The translations under genes were made by a program, and so were the position numbers. Below, one piece after another: positions 12,703 to 25,662 of a stretch of DNA of 64,000 bases; within the stretch, counting starts at the first letter, position 1; every line of letters starts with the position of its first letter. The notes below the pieces were generated by a model that saw only the letters and a list, made by a program, of their open reading frames with translations, had not been told where the DNA came from and made no database searches. Source of the DNA: Phaeosaccion multiseriatum (Eukaryota > Protista > Ochrophyta, other classes); the NCBI GenBank assembly GCA_965112735.1, contig OZ218961.1:1054001-1118000 (forward strand), written 5' to 3'.

Positions 12703-14328
12703 TGTCCCTTCCCTTCGCTGTCCTGACTGCGGTGGCTGGTCCCCATGATCACGCTCTGTCCCTTCTCGTGCAACTGTCCCTCCCCCATCCTTCTCAGCTT
12801 GAAGGCTCCATCCAAACTCTTTGTGGTGGTGCTGCTGCGACTGGTGCCCCACCCCCTTGCACCGCACACGGGGCCCCTTTCTTTAAGCCGCAGCGTGTTG
12901 CTGCCTGCCCCTTCTGGGGATGCTAATCCTCCGAGCTTCCAGACGTTGGTCTCGTCTCCGCCCTCGATCGACACGTATTGGCCTTCTGCAGTCTACCACC
13001 TCTCCGCTTCACGCCTCAGGTGCTACACGTCTTGGTCAGACCGCCTATGCCGTTTGCAAATGGCCCACCAAATAAGGGGAACTTGAACGATGAAATGGCT
13101 GAGGTGTGTTTCATCCATTCCTTCTCGCCCCCCTGGGGAAGATCAATTGAAACGCTCGGCAACCCACGTGTCAATCGCCGACCTCAAGAACTGTCTTCTC
13201 TCTCTTCTCTCCCTCACACACGTTTTACGCCTTCTTAACACCACGAGCTACAGCTCCACTGGCAAGCGCTTGGTTCGTTTAAGTCATTTCTATTATATAA
13301 CCCTGCTCTGCTTGCTGGATAGATTCATAAAGCCCTTGGGTACGGGGTTGAGAGCTCGAAAACGAGAAGTACCCCCCCCCTCAATTCTACCCTTCCCTTC
13401 CCCATCTCCCATCATGTACAATAAATGCTGCTGTGCCCCCGCCTCGCCCCCTCAGCTGCCATCCTCTGCCGTCTGCCTGGGTGTCCTCGTCTCTGCTGCA
13501 CACCAATGTTCCAATGCGGTGGTGGGTGGCAAGGCCGCACACTCGACTGACATTGTGGTTCCTCTTCTCTTGCCCCTTGTCCACTCCGCCCCCCCCCCAC
13601 AACCACCACCTCTCCCCCTTTAGATACTCGCACTCGCACAGCCTGTCATCGAGGATTGACTTGGGACGATTTGCTGATTCCTCCCCTGCCCTCCCCCGTC
13701 CTCCTCACCTCCTGCTCCTCTAGTTGCTCAGCCTTGCGCCAACCCATCTCTCTCCTACCAGCCTGAGCAATGCTCCATGGCATTGCCCACCCCCTCCCTT
13801 CGGCGGGTGTCCCACTGTCTCAGGATTGCTGCTGCTTCCTCCAATGCTGTTCGCTCGCCTCTTGCTCTTTTCTCCCCGTAGCCATAGTGCCCCGGCTGAT
13901 ATCGCAGCGTCCTCCTCTCCCTACCTCGCTCAATTCACCTCCCTTTGCCCTTCTCATGTCTAAAAAAAAACACAAAGTATTCACACATAAAAAATATACA
14001 AACCATTGTACATGGATCGATTAGGCATCGACCCCATTTGTCGTAAAGCCCCTCCTGGCCCCCCGTCTTCTCTCCTCCTCCTCCTCCTTCTTCTTCTTCT
14101 TTCTTCCTCCTCGTCCTCCTCCGCCGGCCTTCCTCCAAAGCCAGCAAGTCAGTCAAAGTCCCGCCCCCCAGGAGTGGCTCATGCCGTGCCCCCTGGGGAG
14201 GGAAGTCGAGTCAGTCGCACCATCCATCGGGTACCATCGCCCTCTCAATGACCCTCATCTCATGACCGGACAGACCGATAACAACTCGATACGCAATGGC
14301 CCCCCTCCCCTCGCCCTCCATACTCCAT

Positions 14329-14613
14329 TCACATGAGCATTTCGAAGGCAAACACCTCGGCGTCTTCATCCCCAAGCGAAAGCGACTTTTGCTGCTCCAA
14401 CGGCAGTAGTCCCAGCCCCTCTCTCGAACCCTCCCGCGGTACCTCCAGCTGCTGCAGGCCCTCCATTGCCCGTTCCTGCTGTAGCTCCAGCTGCTGTATC
14501 GCCGACTGCTGCTGCTGCTGCTGCTGCTCGTTCCATTCGCCGATAGCTGATGCAGCGTTGCTGCCCACTTCTGATCGATCCTCCTGCTGTACGCCCGACT
14601 GCTGTACCACCTC

Positions 14614-14656
<43 letters not shown>

Positions 14657-16275
14657 GGCGGCGGCGGCGGCCGGACTTCCCCGTGCATCGACTGCGCCCG
14701 ACGGCTCCTCTCAGCGAGATGAGGGACCTGGAGTATAGACAAGGCCGTGAGGCTACCTACAATGGGCGGGCCCCCTCCCACCGCATGCGCAGAGTATGGT
14801 GGTGATGAGGACGACAGCGGAGAGGTGGGTGAAGAGCATCCCGAGTGGGAAAGAGAGGCTGGAAGGGGCTGCTGGGGGCGAGTGGGCGACGGTACGGCAT
14901 AGAGAGAACCATCCCCCAGGGTGGAGCTCCTCCACACGGGAGCCGCAGTTGGCCCTCCTTCTCGTCTACCCTCCTCCTCCCCCTCCTCCTCGTCCGCCTG
15001 CTGGTGGTGGGGGTCCACTCCTCCCACCCCGCCCTCCTCGACAATGTGTGGCAAGGACCCCCTCACTGCCTTCTGTATCACCACTTGCTGCTGCTGCTGA
15101 TGCTGCTGGTGCTGATGCTGCCGCGGCGGGGGTGGTGGTTGCCACACCGACACTCTAACAGGAGCCGACGAGGCGAGCATCATCGAACGTGCCATGAGCA
15201 TTCGCTCCTTGAGGGACCCGAACACCGCCTCACTCGCGCCAGCCCTCCCTCGGCGCCGCCGACCGCTCTTTCTCCTGCCGCCGAGCTCGCCCACCTCATC
15301 CCCTTCATCATCATCATCGTAGTCGTCATCGTCGCTACTACCCGCCCCCCTTTCACTGCCGCTGCTGCTCCTCGAATCCTCTGCTTCTCCTCCCGCCCGG
15401 CCCCCTCCTCCCCCCTCGCTGCTCCCCTGCAGCAACAGCCCGCTGAGGCCGCTCTCAAACTCCTGGATCAAGCCCTCCTCCCACTTCCCCGCCTCCCCCT
15501 CTTCCTGAAGATAGCCAGCCGAAGGTCCCAGCACCAGTGGAGGCATGTCTTCCATAAAGCGCATCGGTGGTAAGCTGCCCCCCAGTAGAGGTGCATCAGG
15601 GGCGGCGGAACGGGCATGGTGAGAGCCTGACAGAGCCCTCACCCCCCCGGCACCCAGAGCCGGCGGTTCTCCTGTCCCAGCAGCAGCAGAACCCCCTTGG
15701 ACTTCAACAACAACCCCACCTTCTCCTCCTGAAACATCCGCTCCCACATCTACCACCCCTGCCCCTGCCCTCCACGCCAGCCCTCCAGGGTGCCTGCCGT
15801 GGCCCCCCCTCGCCTTCCGACTCAGCCGCATGGGCGTCAGCGTCAGTCTCCCCGCCCCTCCCCCCGTCACCCCGACCCCACCGATGCCTACTCCTGCCAC
15901 GCCTACTTCGTACTGCTCCAGCCCGCGCGCCAGCCCACTACTCACAACAGGGGGACCTTCGGCCCCGTCCCCGTCAGCCGCGGTGGAGGAGGCGACCGCC
16001 TCCTCTGATCGGATCAAGATTGGAGTGCTGGATACCCGCATCATGGCCCGCGGGCCCATATCCATCAGAGAGAGCCCCAGTCCAAGCGTGCTGGGGGCGG
16101 GTTTGTTCATGCTGGCTCCAGGCGAGGCGCAATTTGGAGTAGTAGGTGCGATCGCTTCGCCCAATCCGTGTACGGTCATTGGTAGGCCCTCACCAAAGGG
16201 AACTCCTCCTCCTGCCAGTGGAGAGGGGGAGGTGTACCTAAGGGGCTCGCAGTAAGGGCTCGTCATCTCGTCCAT
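14329..16275 (-). CDS. Single-exon 648-aa low-complexity hypothetical protein
   Basis: Long ATG-initiated ORF with polyQ, acidic and Ser/Pro tracts, ending DEDAEVFAFEMLM*; no recognisable domain. Confidence 0.65.
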
Positions 16276-16394
16276 GTCTCACCCACTGGACACACCCGTC
16301 GCTGGCCTTCAGGGGGCCTCCGTGAGCTTTACGTAAGCTTAGGTAATCAAGATTCAAGCTGAAATCAAAAAGCTTTGAGAAGCGACAGAGGAGG

Positions 16395-17453
16395 ATGGCT
16401 CTTCGAGGAGAGCAGCGAGGAGAGCATTGGAACGAGGACGAACGAGCTGGAGTGATCCAGGTGCGGCTGCCAACTTGATCAAACCTTTATTGTCCTCCCT
16501 TTTAGGGCTACCTTTATCTGGAGTCTTCCCTCGGCAACAGCGAGTACGTAAGAGAGGAGATGAGACGTGGATGGTAAACAAGTTACTCACTCTACAAACC
16601 CCTCGCTCACGTGGATGGTACACAAGTTACTCACTCTACAAAGGCCTCGCTCCGTTCCGTGTGTTGCACCCCCCAGGCATGCTATCGCGGGCGTCGCATT
16701 CGAAGACGCGTAGTCGAGAGCGCGCTGGACTCGTTCGAAGCCATCTGCCTGCGGATAGCGAAGGAGACAGACTTGCCCGCCACCTACCTATGGGACAAAA
16801 GCGTCGTACCAAAATGGGCCCGCCCGCGCACCGCCTCGTGTGACGAGGAGGAGAGTGCGAGCGACAGCAGCAATAGACACAATAGTTCTTGTCAGTCTCC
16901 GCTCTCAGCGCCCCGGTCAGTGGGAAGGGAGCAGCCTCATCATTGTCACAGGCCTGGCGACGCCTGTGGGAGCAGTGGTTGTGATGGTGCTGCATGGGCG
17001 GCGCAGTCAGCTGGGGGGGAAGAGGGAGGAAGACGGAGATCAGGAGGGTCAGGAGGAGCAGCAGGACAAGCAGCAGGAGCAGCAACAGCAGGAGGAGGAG
17101 GAGCTGAAGAACCAGCAGAGTGTGGAGCAGGAGCGGGGGATGACGCAAGTTCAGCTCGTCCTCAGACAGATGGGCGGGGATGGGGACCAAGAGGAGGGAG
17201 GGAAAGCCCAGCGACGGCGACAGAGGAGGCAGAGGTGAGAGGGGTGGCTGCGAAAGATCCGGAAGCCACTGCCGCTGCCCCATGCAGTAGTGCTACCAGT
17301 GATGATGGTTCCGGTGGTGGTGGCGGCGGTGGTGGTGGGGGGGGTGGGGGTGTGGGAGGGGGTGAAGAGCGGAGGGAGGCGAGGCTACGGTACCTGCAGG
17401 CAGAGCTGCAGTGGGTGCGGAACGCGCTCGGGGATCGGACGCGCTACCTCCGT

Positions 17454-17484
<31 letters not shown>

Positions 17485-17552
17485 GATGTCAAGTAGAATT
17501 GCCACCGTCAGAAGCCGGAGCAGCAGCGGTGGAAGCCGCACTACCGCTGTGA
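16395..17552 (+). CDS. IQ-motif protein, IQCC-like
   Basis: Exons 16395-16460 and 16677-17552 splice to create an IQ motif (AGVIQ|ACYRGRRIRR). C-terminal LQAELQWVRNALGDRTRYL resembles the conserved IQCC C-terminal helix. Confidence 0.7.
16565..16642. repeat. 34-bp direct repeat x2 (period 44) in the intron of the IQ-motif gene
   Basis: acgtggatggtaMacaagttactcactctacaaa at 16565 and 16609. Confidence 0.85.
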
Positions 17553-18024
17553 GAAATTTGAAAAAAATAAAGAAAACGACTTTTATCGGACGGATGCAGC
17601 AGCCTCAGTCCTGCTCATGTTTGCGGCGTGCTGTGAGCGCGGAAGGGGGGCTGCGCGGGGTACAGAGCAAGCACCTGCGTGGGTGCGTGGACCAGTTTTC
17701 AGTTTTCAGTTTCTGGTGCAGTTACAGAATATCCTACAAACTGAAACTTCAGACTGCCTCCTTCCTTGTCTGGGGAGAGAGAGAGAGAGCCGTCTTGTGC
17801 TTCCCACAATGGCTCGGAAGCTCCCCCCCTCGCCCGGGGGAAGGCCCAGGCCTCTATCGAGAGAGAGGAGCAGGAGTGGGAGCAGGAGTGGGAGCAGGAG
17901 CGGGAGTAGGAGCGGGAGCAGGAGCGGGAGCGGGAGAAGGAGCAGGGTTGCAACACCAATCAACGGCAGAAGTGGTGGGGCGGCTGAGGCGGCAGTACTT
18001 CGATCAGCGGCACAGGAGTTAGCG

Positions 18025-18329
18025 ATGGAGTCCAAGGAAAGCGCGGCTGGTGGAGATACCAGGATCCGCCAGCAGCGACAGAGAAAGGACATTGCCAAGA
18101 ATGAGGAGGGGAAGAAAGGCGAGAGCGAAGATGAAGATGACAATAATCATAATGACGACGATGATGATTATGGCGACGAGGTGGAGGAGGATGATAATGA
18201 TGAGGAGGAAGCAGTGGAGGGGGATGAGGACGAAACTGCTGGTGAGGAGGCAGAGGAGGAAGCCCCAGCGGGAGGGGGGGGGGCGAAGATGAGGAATACG
18301 ACGAGCAGGAAGAGGAAGAGGAGATTGGA

Positions 18330-18361
<32 letters not shown>

Positions 18362-21300
18362 GGAGGAGAAGGAGGAAGAGGAGGAGGAGGAGGAGGAGGA
18401 GGAGGAGGAGGAGGAGGAGGAGGGTGCTACCACTGTTACTGCTGCCGCTGTGCGAGGATCACCCAAGAAGGAATACAGACTGACCACTCCTGCCAACCCC
18501 GCGGAGCTGCACCACTTGGTAAAGTTACGCGACGGAGTCATCTTGGCGAGGGAGAAGGAGCTGGAGCTCGTCTCAAGGCAGAATGGGCAGCTCAGGGGCG
18601 ACTGCGATCGGATGGAGGCGGAAACATCGTTGCTACATGAGGCCGTAGCAGAGAGAGACGAAGGTACGCACCCTGTTCACAAATCAAGAGACGAAGGAAA
18701 AGGAGGAGGGGAAAAACGGGGAGGACTCGATCATGTGTGGCTTGAGGAGGGAGTTCACTTTTCTTGCTGCGTAGCGGGGCACCGCTCATTGAGTCATCCC
18801 TTTGCCATCCTTCGCTTTCGTCGGCTTTATCAACGTTCCTACCCCTACCGTTCACCGGCCGATGCCCTCGTCACACACGGACACCACCCTGCACGTACCG
18901 CCCTTATCCCCCCCCCCTTCCTCCTCCTCCTCCTCCTCCTCCTCCTCCTCCTCCTCCTCCTCCTCCTCCTCCTCCTCCTCCTCCTCCTCCTCCTCCTCCT
19001 CCTCCTCCTCCTCCTCCTCCTCCTCCTCCTCCTCCTCCTCCTCCTCCTCCTCCTCCTCTTCCTCCTCCTGCTGCTGCTGCTGCTGCTGCTGATGCTGATG
19101 CAGCCGTGGAAGAGCACAAGAAGGCCGGGGCGAGGCTAAGGCGCGAGGTGAAGAGACTCAAGATTGAGATGGAGAAGCATGTGGGCCGAGAACACGCCGT
19201 CCAGGTACGGAGGGTTACGTAAGCTTCATGTACGAAGTGTCAGGGACTGAGGGCAAACAGACGGCTGGCCAGTGAACTGCAATCCACTGCCATGCGCTGA
19301 CGTGGCTGTGTTCTCCCAGCTTCCAGGGGCGTTCTTTCTGCCGACCGACTTGATGACTGACGGATTGACTCACTGACTGATGCCTGTACACCCGACCACT
19401 CACCCACAGATGGCAACTACGCAGAACAGCCGCCTACTGAAGCTGCTGCAACAAGAGGAGGGGAAGCGGGAGCAGAGCCTGCGACAACGCGACGCCTCTC
19501 GAGAAGAGATAGTGGAGCTCAAGGCCAAACTCAAACACATTAGCGCCGTGAGCGCCAAGGCGGAGGCCGAGCTGCGCATCCAAGTAATCGACTCGAAAAA
19601 CGAACTCGAGGCCATGAAAGTCGAGCACCTCCGTGCCAAGTCGGAGCTCGCTGCCCTCACAGAGGCGGCCCACAATGCCCAGCGAGACGCGGCGGAGAGG
19701 GTGGCGATTATGGAGGATGAGGTAGCCCGCCGTCGGAACGCTCAGTATGTGTCGATTCAGAAGCAACAGGACTGCGAAGACGCTCTCGGGAGGGTGTCTC
19801 GGGAACACGAGGTGTACAAGGCGGAGAATGAACGTTTCACGCAGCAGAGGGCTGAGGTGGAGCTGCGGATTGCCGCCATGAGAAGCAGCACCGAGGAGCT
19901 GCAGAGGGAGTGCAGAGAGGTTTGTGTTCGAGGGTAGTCGGAGGGAGGGAATGGGGGAGGGAGTGATGACTGAGTGAAGAGTGAGTGAGAGAGGGAGGGA
20001 GGGAGGGAGGGAGGGAGAGAGGGAGTGAGTGAGTGATTACGTGAGTGGGTGAGTGAGTGAGTGAGTGAGTGAGTGAGTGAGTGAGTGAGTGGGTGAGTGA
20101 GTGAGTGAGTGAGTGAGTGAGTGAGCGAGTGAGTGAGTGAGTGAGTGAGTGAGTGAGTGAGTAGGTGAGTGGGTGAGTGAGTGGGTGAGTGAGTGGGCGA
20201 GTGAGTGGGTGAGTGAGTGAGTGGGTGAATGAGTGAGTGAGTGAGAGGGTGAGTGAGTGAGGGAGGGAGGGGGACAGAGTGCACTGCCATCTCTCTCCTT
20301 TACGCTCTCCTCTCTCCCTTCCATCCACTGCCATCCCCTCCCCTTCCGTATCCTCTCTCCTCTCCCCTCCATCGACTGCCATCTCAGCTCCGTGTGGCCC
20401 GCGAAGAGGAGAACGCTCTCTCCTCCGCTAGAATCGCCACACTGCAAGACTCTATTGAGGCACTCCAGTGCTCAGAGCAGAGGGGGAGGCACGCGTTACG
20501 AGTGGTGATGGAGCAAAACAGTTAAGTTCTCCTGTTTGTTGACTTAGCGGTAGTGATGTATGTATTCATGGAGGAGAGTGTGCTCATTTTTTCTGAAGTG
20601 CGTTGATACGGTGGTGGGGTCGTTACTTCCTTCTTAGTTTGCTTGCTTGCTTGGTTGGTTGGTTGGTTGGTTGGTTGGTTGGTTGGTCGGTGGTTTGAGT
20701 TTAGTTTTACGATGGGCGTGTTGGGCTGCAGAGTGTGTGTGAGGGCATGGAACACAATAATTTGAGTTTGAGTCAGTGCTGAGTGTCCCGTCTTGGCTTG
20801 GAGCCTTGCTTGGTTTGACTCTCTTCCTTTTCAGTTTCAGAAACTCAGCAGAGAGCCCTTTGCCTTGTCCTCCCCGAGCGTTGTCTGCAATACCTCACAA
20901 ACTCAACCACCCCCTTCCCCTGTCTCCCCTTCCCCGTCCTCAGAGGAGCTGCAGAGGGAGGTGGTGCAGCGAGAGGAGGCACTGAAGAGAGAGCGGCAGA
21001 GGGCACAGGAGGAAGGAAGGAGGGCATTCGCCTTGGATGCGAAGGTGGGTGAGGGAGGGAGTGCGTAACTGCAGCTGTTTGGTATTCGGGGAAAACATGA
21101 CGTAAGCCTGCGTAAGCGTACGACATGCTGGGTACCCAACGCGCACGCACGCACAGTGATGAGGAGGGGGTGTGGCCCAGCTTCCTTCCTGGACCGGGTT
21201 GGGTACAATGACTTTCCCTCTGCCTCTCTCTCCCCTTCTATTCCTCTCCCTCTCTCTCCACTCTCTTCTCTCCCTCCCCTCTCTCTCCCCTTTCTTCTCC

Positions 21301-22899
21301 CTCTATTCCTTGGGCCCTCTCGCTGTCCCTGGCTCTCTCACCCGTTCTCATCTCCCTTTCCCTCTCTCTTTCTCTCTCCCTCCCTCCCTCCCTCCTTCCC
21401 TCCCTCCCCCCCCTCTCTCTCCTCTCTTCTCTCTCTCTATCCCTCTGACCCTCTATCCCTCTCTCTCTCCCTACTTACTGTTGGTCGTCGCTTGCTTGTT
21501 ACACAGGTTGGTCGTCTAGAGTCGTCGCTGCGTATTCAGACAACGCAAACAAAGCTGCACAATGTGCTGGACACATTTAACAAGCAAATGGCGCCACGGC
21601 CAGCGACGGCGGAGTACTCGGGTGAGGAAGGTGATGACAATAACACAGCCAACACCACCGGAGGAGGAGGGGGAGGGGGAGGAGGAGGAGGAGGAGGAGG
21701 AGAAGAAGGAGGAGGTGGTAGCATTGGTTCTACATCGGCACAGGCAAAGAGGCGAGCAGGCAAGGTCCGGCGGAGGGGAGGAGAGGCCAGCAACAACAGC
21801 CATAGCAACAGCAACAACATGTCCTCACACGACGTGGCTCAGCTGCGGAGAGACAAAACTCGCCTCCTCGGGCTCTACCTCGACACCTTTTGCCGCATGG
21901 GCCGTATGACTCAGGCCATGCAGTCACATGGGCAGTGGGGCACCGATAGCACCACTGGGTGTCCCCTTCCGGCTCCTTTGTCCACTCCTCCGGCGACTAA
22001 CCTCCTGCACTCAGGTAGTCATGACGACGTTGCTACGAGCACCGTGGGGGGTAGTGGTGGTGGTGGTGGTGGTGGTGGTGGAGGAGGAGGAGGAGGAGAC
22101 ACTGGCGAGGAGGAAGGCAGTGGAGGCGGTGGTGGTGGTGGTGGTGGTGGTAGTAGTTGTACTAGCGGTGGTGGTAACTCCGGGACCGAAGCAGCCACAG
22201 CAGCAGCAGCAGCAGGAGGAGGAGGAGGAGGAGGAGGAGGAGGAGGAGGAGGAGGAGGAGGAGGAGGAGGAGGAGGAGGAGGAGGACATTCACTCGGAGG
22301 GTTTCCGAGTCGGGGAGGCTTGCTTCCTCGACTCGTGCTAAGCGAGTGCGGCCTGACCGACAGAGAGCTCTACCTGGTGTCAGGATGGATGCGAGGGCAG
22401 AGTTGCGTGCGGGAGATAGACCTCAGCCTCAATCGATTGTCCGACGACGGCGTAAGGGCACTGGCGGGCGTGTTGGCGGCGGAGGGGTGTGAGATCAAGT
22501 ACGTGGATCTGCGATACAATCAGGTGAGAGGGCGGAGAGGGGGGAGGAGGAGCGGTGAGGGGGGGTGAGGGTGAGGGTGAGAGAGAGAGAGAGAGTGAGA
22601 GAGGTTTGTGTGTGTGTATATATGTGTGTTGTACGTGTGTGTGCGCGCGTGCGTGTGTGTATACATGTATGTGCGTGTTTGTGTGTGTGTGTGTATGTCC
22701 TTGTGTGTGTGCGAGCGCATGGGAGATAGAGAAGGGTGTGCGCACGAGGAAGAGAGTGTTTGTAGAGAGAGAGAAGAAGAAGGATGAATGTGCTGGTGAG
22801 CTAGAGAGGGAGAGAGGAAAGAAGGGTGTGTGTGTAAGTGGGAGGGAGAGGTAGAAGGGAGCGTGTGTGCAGGTGAGCGAGACGGGGAGGGGAGAAGAA

Positions 22900-22932
<33 letters not shown>

Positions 22933-23082
22933 AACGCCACAAAGTGGAGCTGTTGGCCCCAGCCTTCTCTTTCCACTCTCTTTCCCTGCGCCCTTGTCGC
23001 CGTTGACCCACAATGTTATCGTTCTCTCTCCTCCTTTTCCTCCTCCTCCTCCTCCTCCTCCTCCTCCCCCCGCTCTGTTTCC

Positions 23083-23120
<38 letters not shown>

Positions 23121-23304
23121 CACGCCCCGCCGCGCCTCGCTCCGTCCACCAACACTCAGATTTCTCGAGGAGGTTTGGCATGTATCGTGGCAGCTCTGGA
23201 GGCCAGCACCAGCGTCAGCCGACCTATTAAGCATGTGTACATGCACAAGGAGGGTCGCATCGACGCCCTGGGAGTGCACCAGCCGCAGCAGTTGGTGATA
23301 CAAG

Positions 23305-23371
<67 letters not shown>

Positions 23372-23373
23372 GC

Positions 23374-23410
<37 letters not shown>

Positions 23411-23807
23411 GCAGCAGCAGCAGCAGCAGCTGCACCAGTCTCAGGCTCAGTCTCACCAAACGAGAGGACTCCGAGGCCACGTACACGAGAAGGATGAGGA
23501 TGGGGAGGGGAAGGGGAAGGAGGAGGAGCCGGAGGAGGAGGGGGGTGCCCTTGGACCCTCTGATTGTAGTGGTGGTAGTCATCGACCGCTCGATGCGTCA
23601 GCGTGCTTCAGCGTGGCGGTCATCGACGCGAGAGATAACTTTGTGAGCGGCGAAGGCGTAGCGTTGGACGGGTCTGTTGACGCCAGGCTCCAGCTTGATT
23701 ACCCCTCGAGAATAGGAGGAGGAGGAGGAGGAGAGGGGAGGCGGCGCAGCGGTCGGAGGGGAGTAGGGACCGGGTCGGGTCGCCATCACCATCATCATCT
23801 TCATCAT

Positions 23808-23839
<32 letters not shown>

Positions 23840-24230
23840 GCAGCTACAGATCAGTAGACATGACCATCCCCCCCTCCATCAGCATGGCAGCTCCAATCTC
23901 CATGGTCACAGCAGCAGCAGTATCACCAACAGCACCAGCAACGGCAGCCAGCCGAGCCCTCAACCCACCCGCCAGCTCAGTCAGCACAGCGTTGTCACGT
24001 CGTCACTGTCCACGTCGCTCACTTCGTCCGCCGCAGTGTCAGCAGTAGGCACCACCGGCGACGGTATGAGCTCCACGCGCCCACGCCAGCAGCAGCCACA
24101 GATTGGGCCTCTGCCCTACCCTTTCCCGGGGGGTAGCGCGGCGGACAGGGCAGTCCAAGCTTATCGTGACGTGCCTTCTTCCTCGGCGGTAGCGCTGGCC
24201 AAGCCCAAGCAACACAGGCGTAAACAGTAA
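18025..24230 (+). CDS. Coiled-coil plus RNI-like leucine-rich-repeat protein, 7 exons; apparent frameshift at G10 tract 18274-18283
   Basis: Exons 18025-18663, 19104-19204, 19410-19919, 20388-20520, 20944-21044, 21507-22523, 23160-24230. Long coiled coil, then LVLSECGLTD / IDLSLNRLSDDGVRALAGVL / VDLRYNQISRGG RNI-type LRRs, then polyQ. Confidence 0.8.
19985..20262. repeat. (GAGT)n microsatellite in an intron
   Basis: Long gagtgagtga tract. The same repeat class occurs at 58485-58780 as (CACT)n. Confidence 0.9.
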
Positions 24231-24282
24231 CGCACTTCGGCTGCTGCTGCTGCTGCTGCTGGTGGTGGTGGTGGTGGTGGTG

Positions 24283-24324
<42 letters not shown>

Positions 24325-24336
24325 GTGGTGGTGGTG

Positions 24337-24406
<70 letters not shown>

Positions 24407-24514
24407 ACATCAACATACAACACCAAGGGGCGTACACTCGTTCCGCTTTCGCTAGTCTCAAGCAAGACGGGAAGTTCAAGCAAAAAATACATTTTAAATT
24501 GGGTTGTACTATAT

Positions 24515-24907
24515 GAAGACTGTAGTGAAATAGCGGCCTACTGCAGTGAAATAGCGGCCTTTGGAAAGACGGTAGTGGCTTGGGAGGACTACGCGAGGCG
24601 GAGGTCTGAGAAGGCTTCATGGGCGGTCGAGGCCGGAGCGAGAAGCTCGAAGGTAGCGCAGATAGCAAGTATTCAGCTTGCAGCAACAAATACTAGTGAC
24701 CCTGGTAGAACCTTATTTATGTCTGACAGGGTCAGTAGTACTTGTTGCTGTAAGCTGGATACTTGCTACCGGCGCTACCTTCGCTCCAGCCTCGACCTCC
24801 CATGAGGCCTTCTCAGACCTCCGCCTCGCGTAGTCCTCCCAAGCCACTACCGTCTTTCCAAAGGCCGCTATTTCACTGCAATAGGCCACTATTTCACTAC
24901 AGTCTTC
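24515..24907. repeat. Long imperfect inverted repeat (fold-back); arms ~24515-24709 and ~24722-24907
   Basis: gaagactgtagtgaaatag...gtgaccctg pairs with cagggtcag...ctatttcactacagtcttc; short loop, one small indel. Confidence 0.92.
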
Positions 24908-25394
24908 GACGTTTCCATAGTTCTCTACTCCTATATAACGCTCCCTCACTTTCTTCATGAGAGATTGTGCCTTCTCCAACTCTGTCCAGGCTGCCAATTC
25001 CGCTCTCCATAGCTCCAGTTCTTTCGCGTAAGCAGCTAACTGCCGCTCCGATTCGCTTTCATTGTCAGGAACGGCTGTCTCTCCAACCGTTCCTTCTTTC
25101 CAGCCCGAATCCACCAAATACGTATATGTCCTCTCCCGGGGCTGGTCGTCTTCCCGCCCCTACTCGTTGCCTCTGTTGCAGGCCACCGAGTCCGAACAAC
25201 GCATAGGATGCGCACACATCATCTTTGGGCTTCTCGCACTTGGGGTCCCCTTGTATGTGGCTCTGTTCCCCACACTCCCAGCACTCCCCCTTCTTAAGTC
25301 TCGTTCCCCGTTTCCTCCAGGGTCTAAGGCCTTTGCTATCAGTCGTGCCACAGCGGATCGAGCAAGGAGGATGGATGATATGATAGGTGTGCAA
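24713..25394 (-). pseudogene. Frameshifted remnant ORF with a CCHC-type zinc knuckle (gag-like) and a short coiled coil
   Basis: CWECGEQSHIQGDPKC (C-x2-C-x4-H-x6-C) at 25236-25283; continues in another frame as ...ERQLAAYAKELELWRAELAAW... Confidence 0.45.
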
Positions 25395-25662
25395 GTCTGC
25401 GCAGCTACCCCCATCCCTTCCGTCGGGGGCCTCTCCTTGAGCCCTGCCATACTAAGCCACGCTCCCAGCTGCCTGCATGTGGCCGCTGATGCCTCCCTTT
25501 TGACCAGCCCCGACCTAGACCCCCGTTGATAGCCCTCCGCTTGCTCACTCAATCAAGATGCCAAGCTGTGCAATGGTCTAAACCCTCCCACCACCAACAT
25601 GCACAGCAGAAAGTGTGTTATTTGCTCCATATGCCTCTCACCCGCGCCTGCTAATTCTCCTC

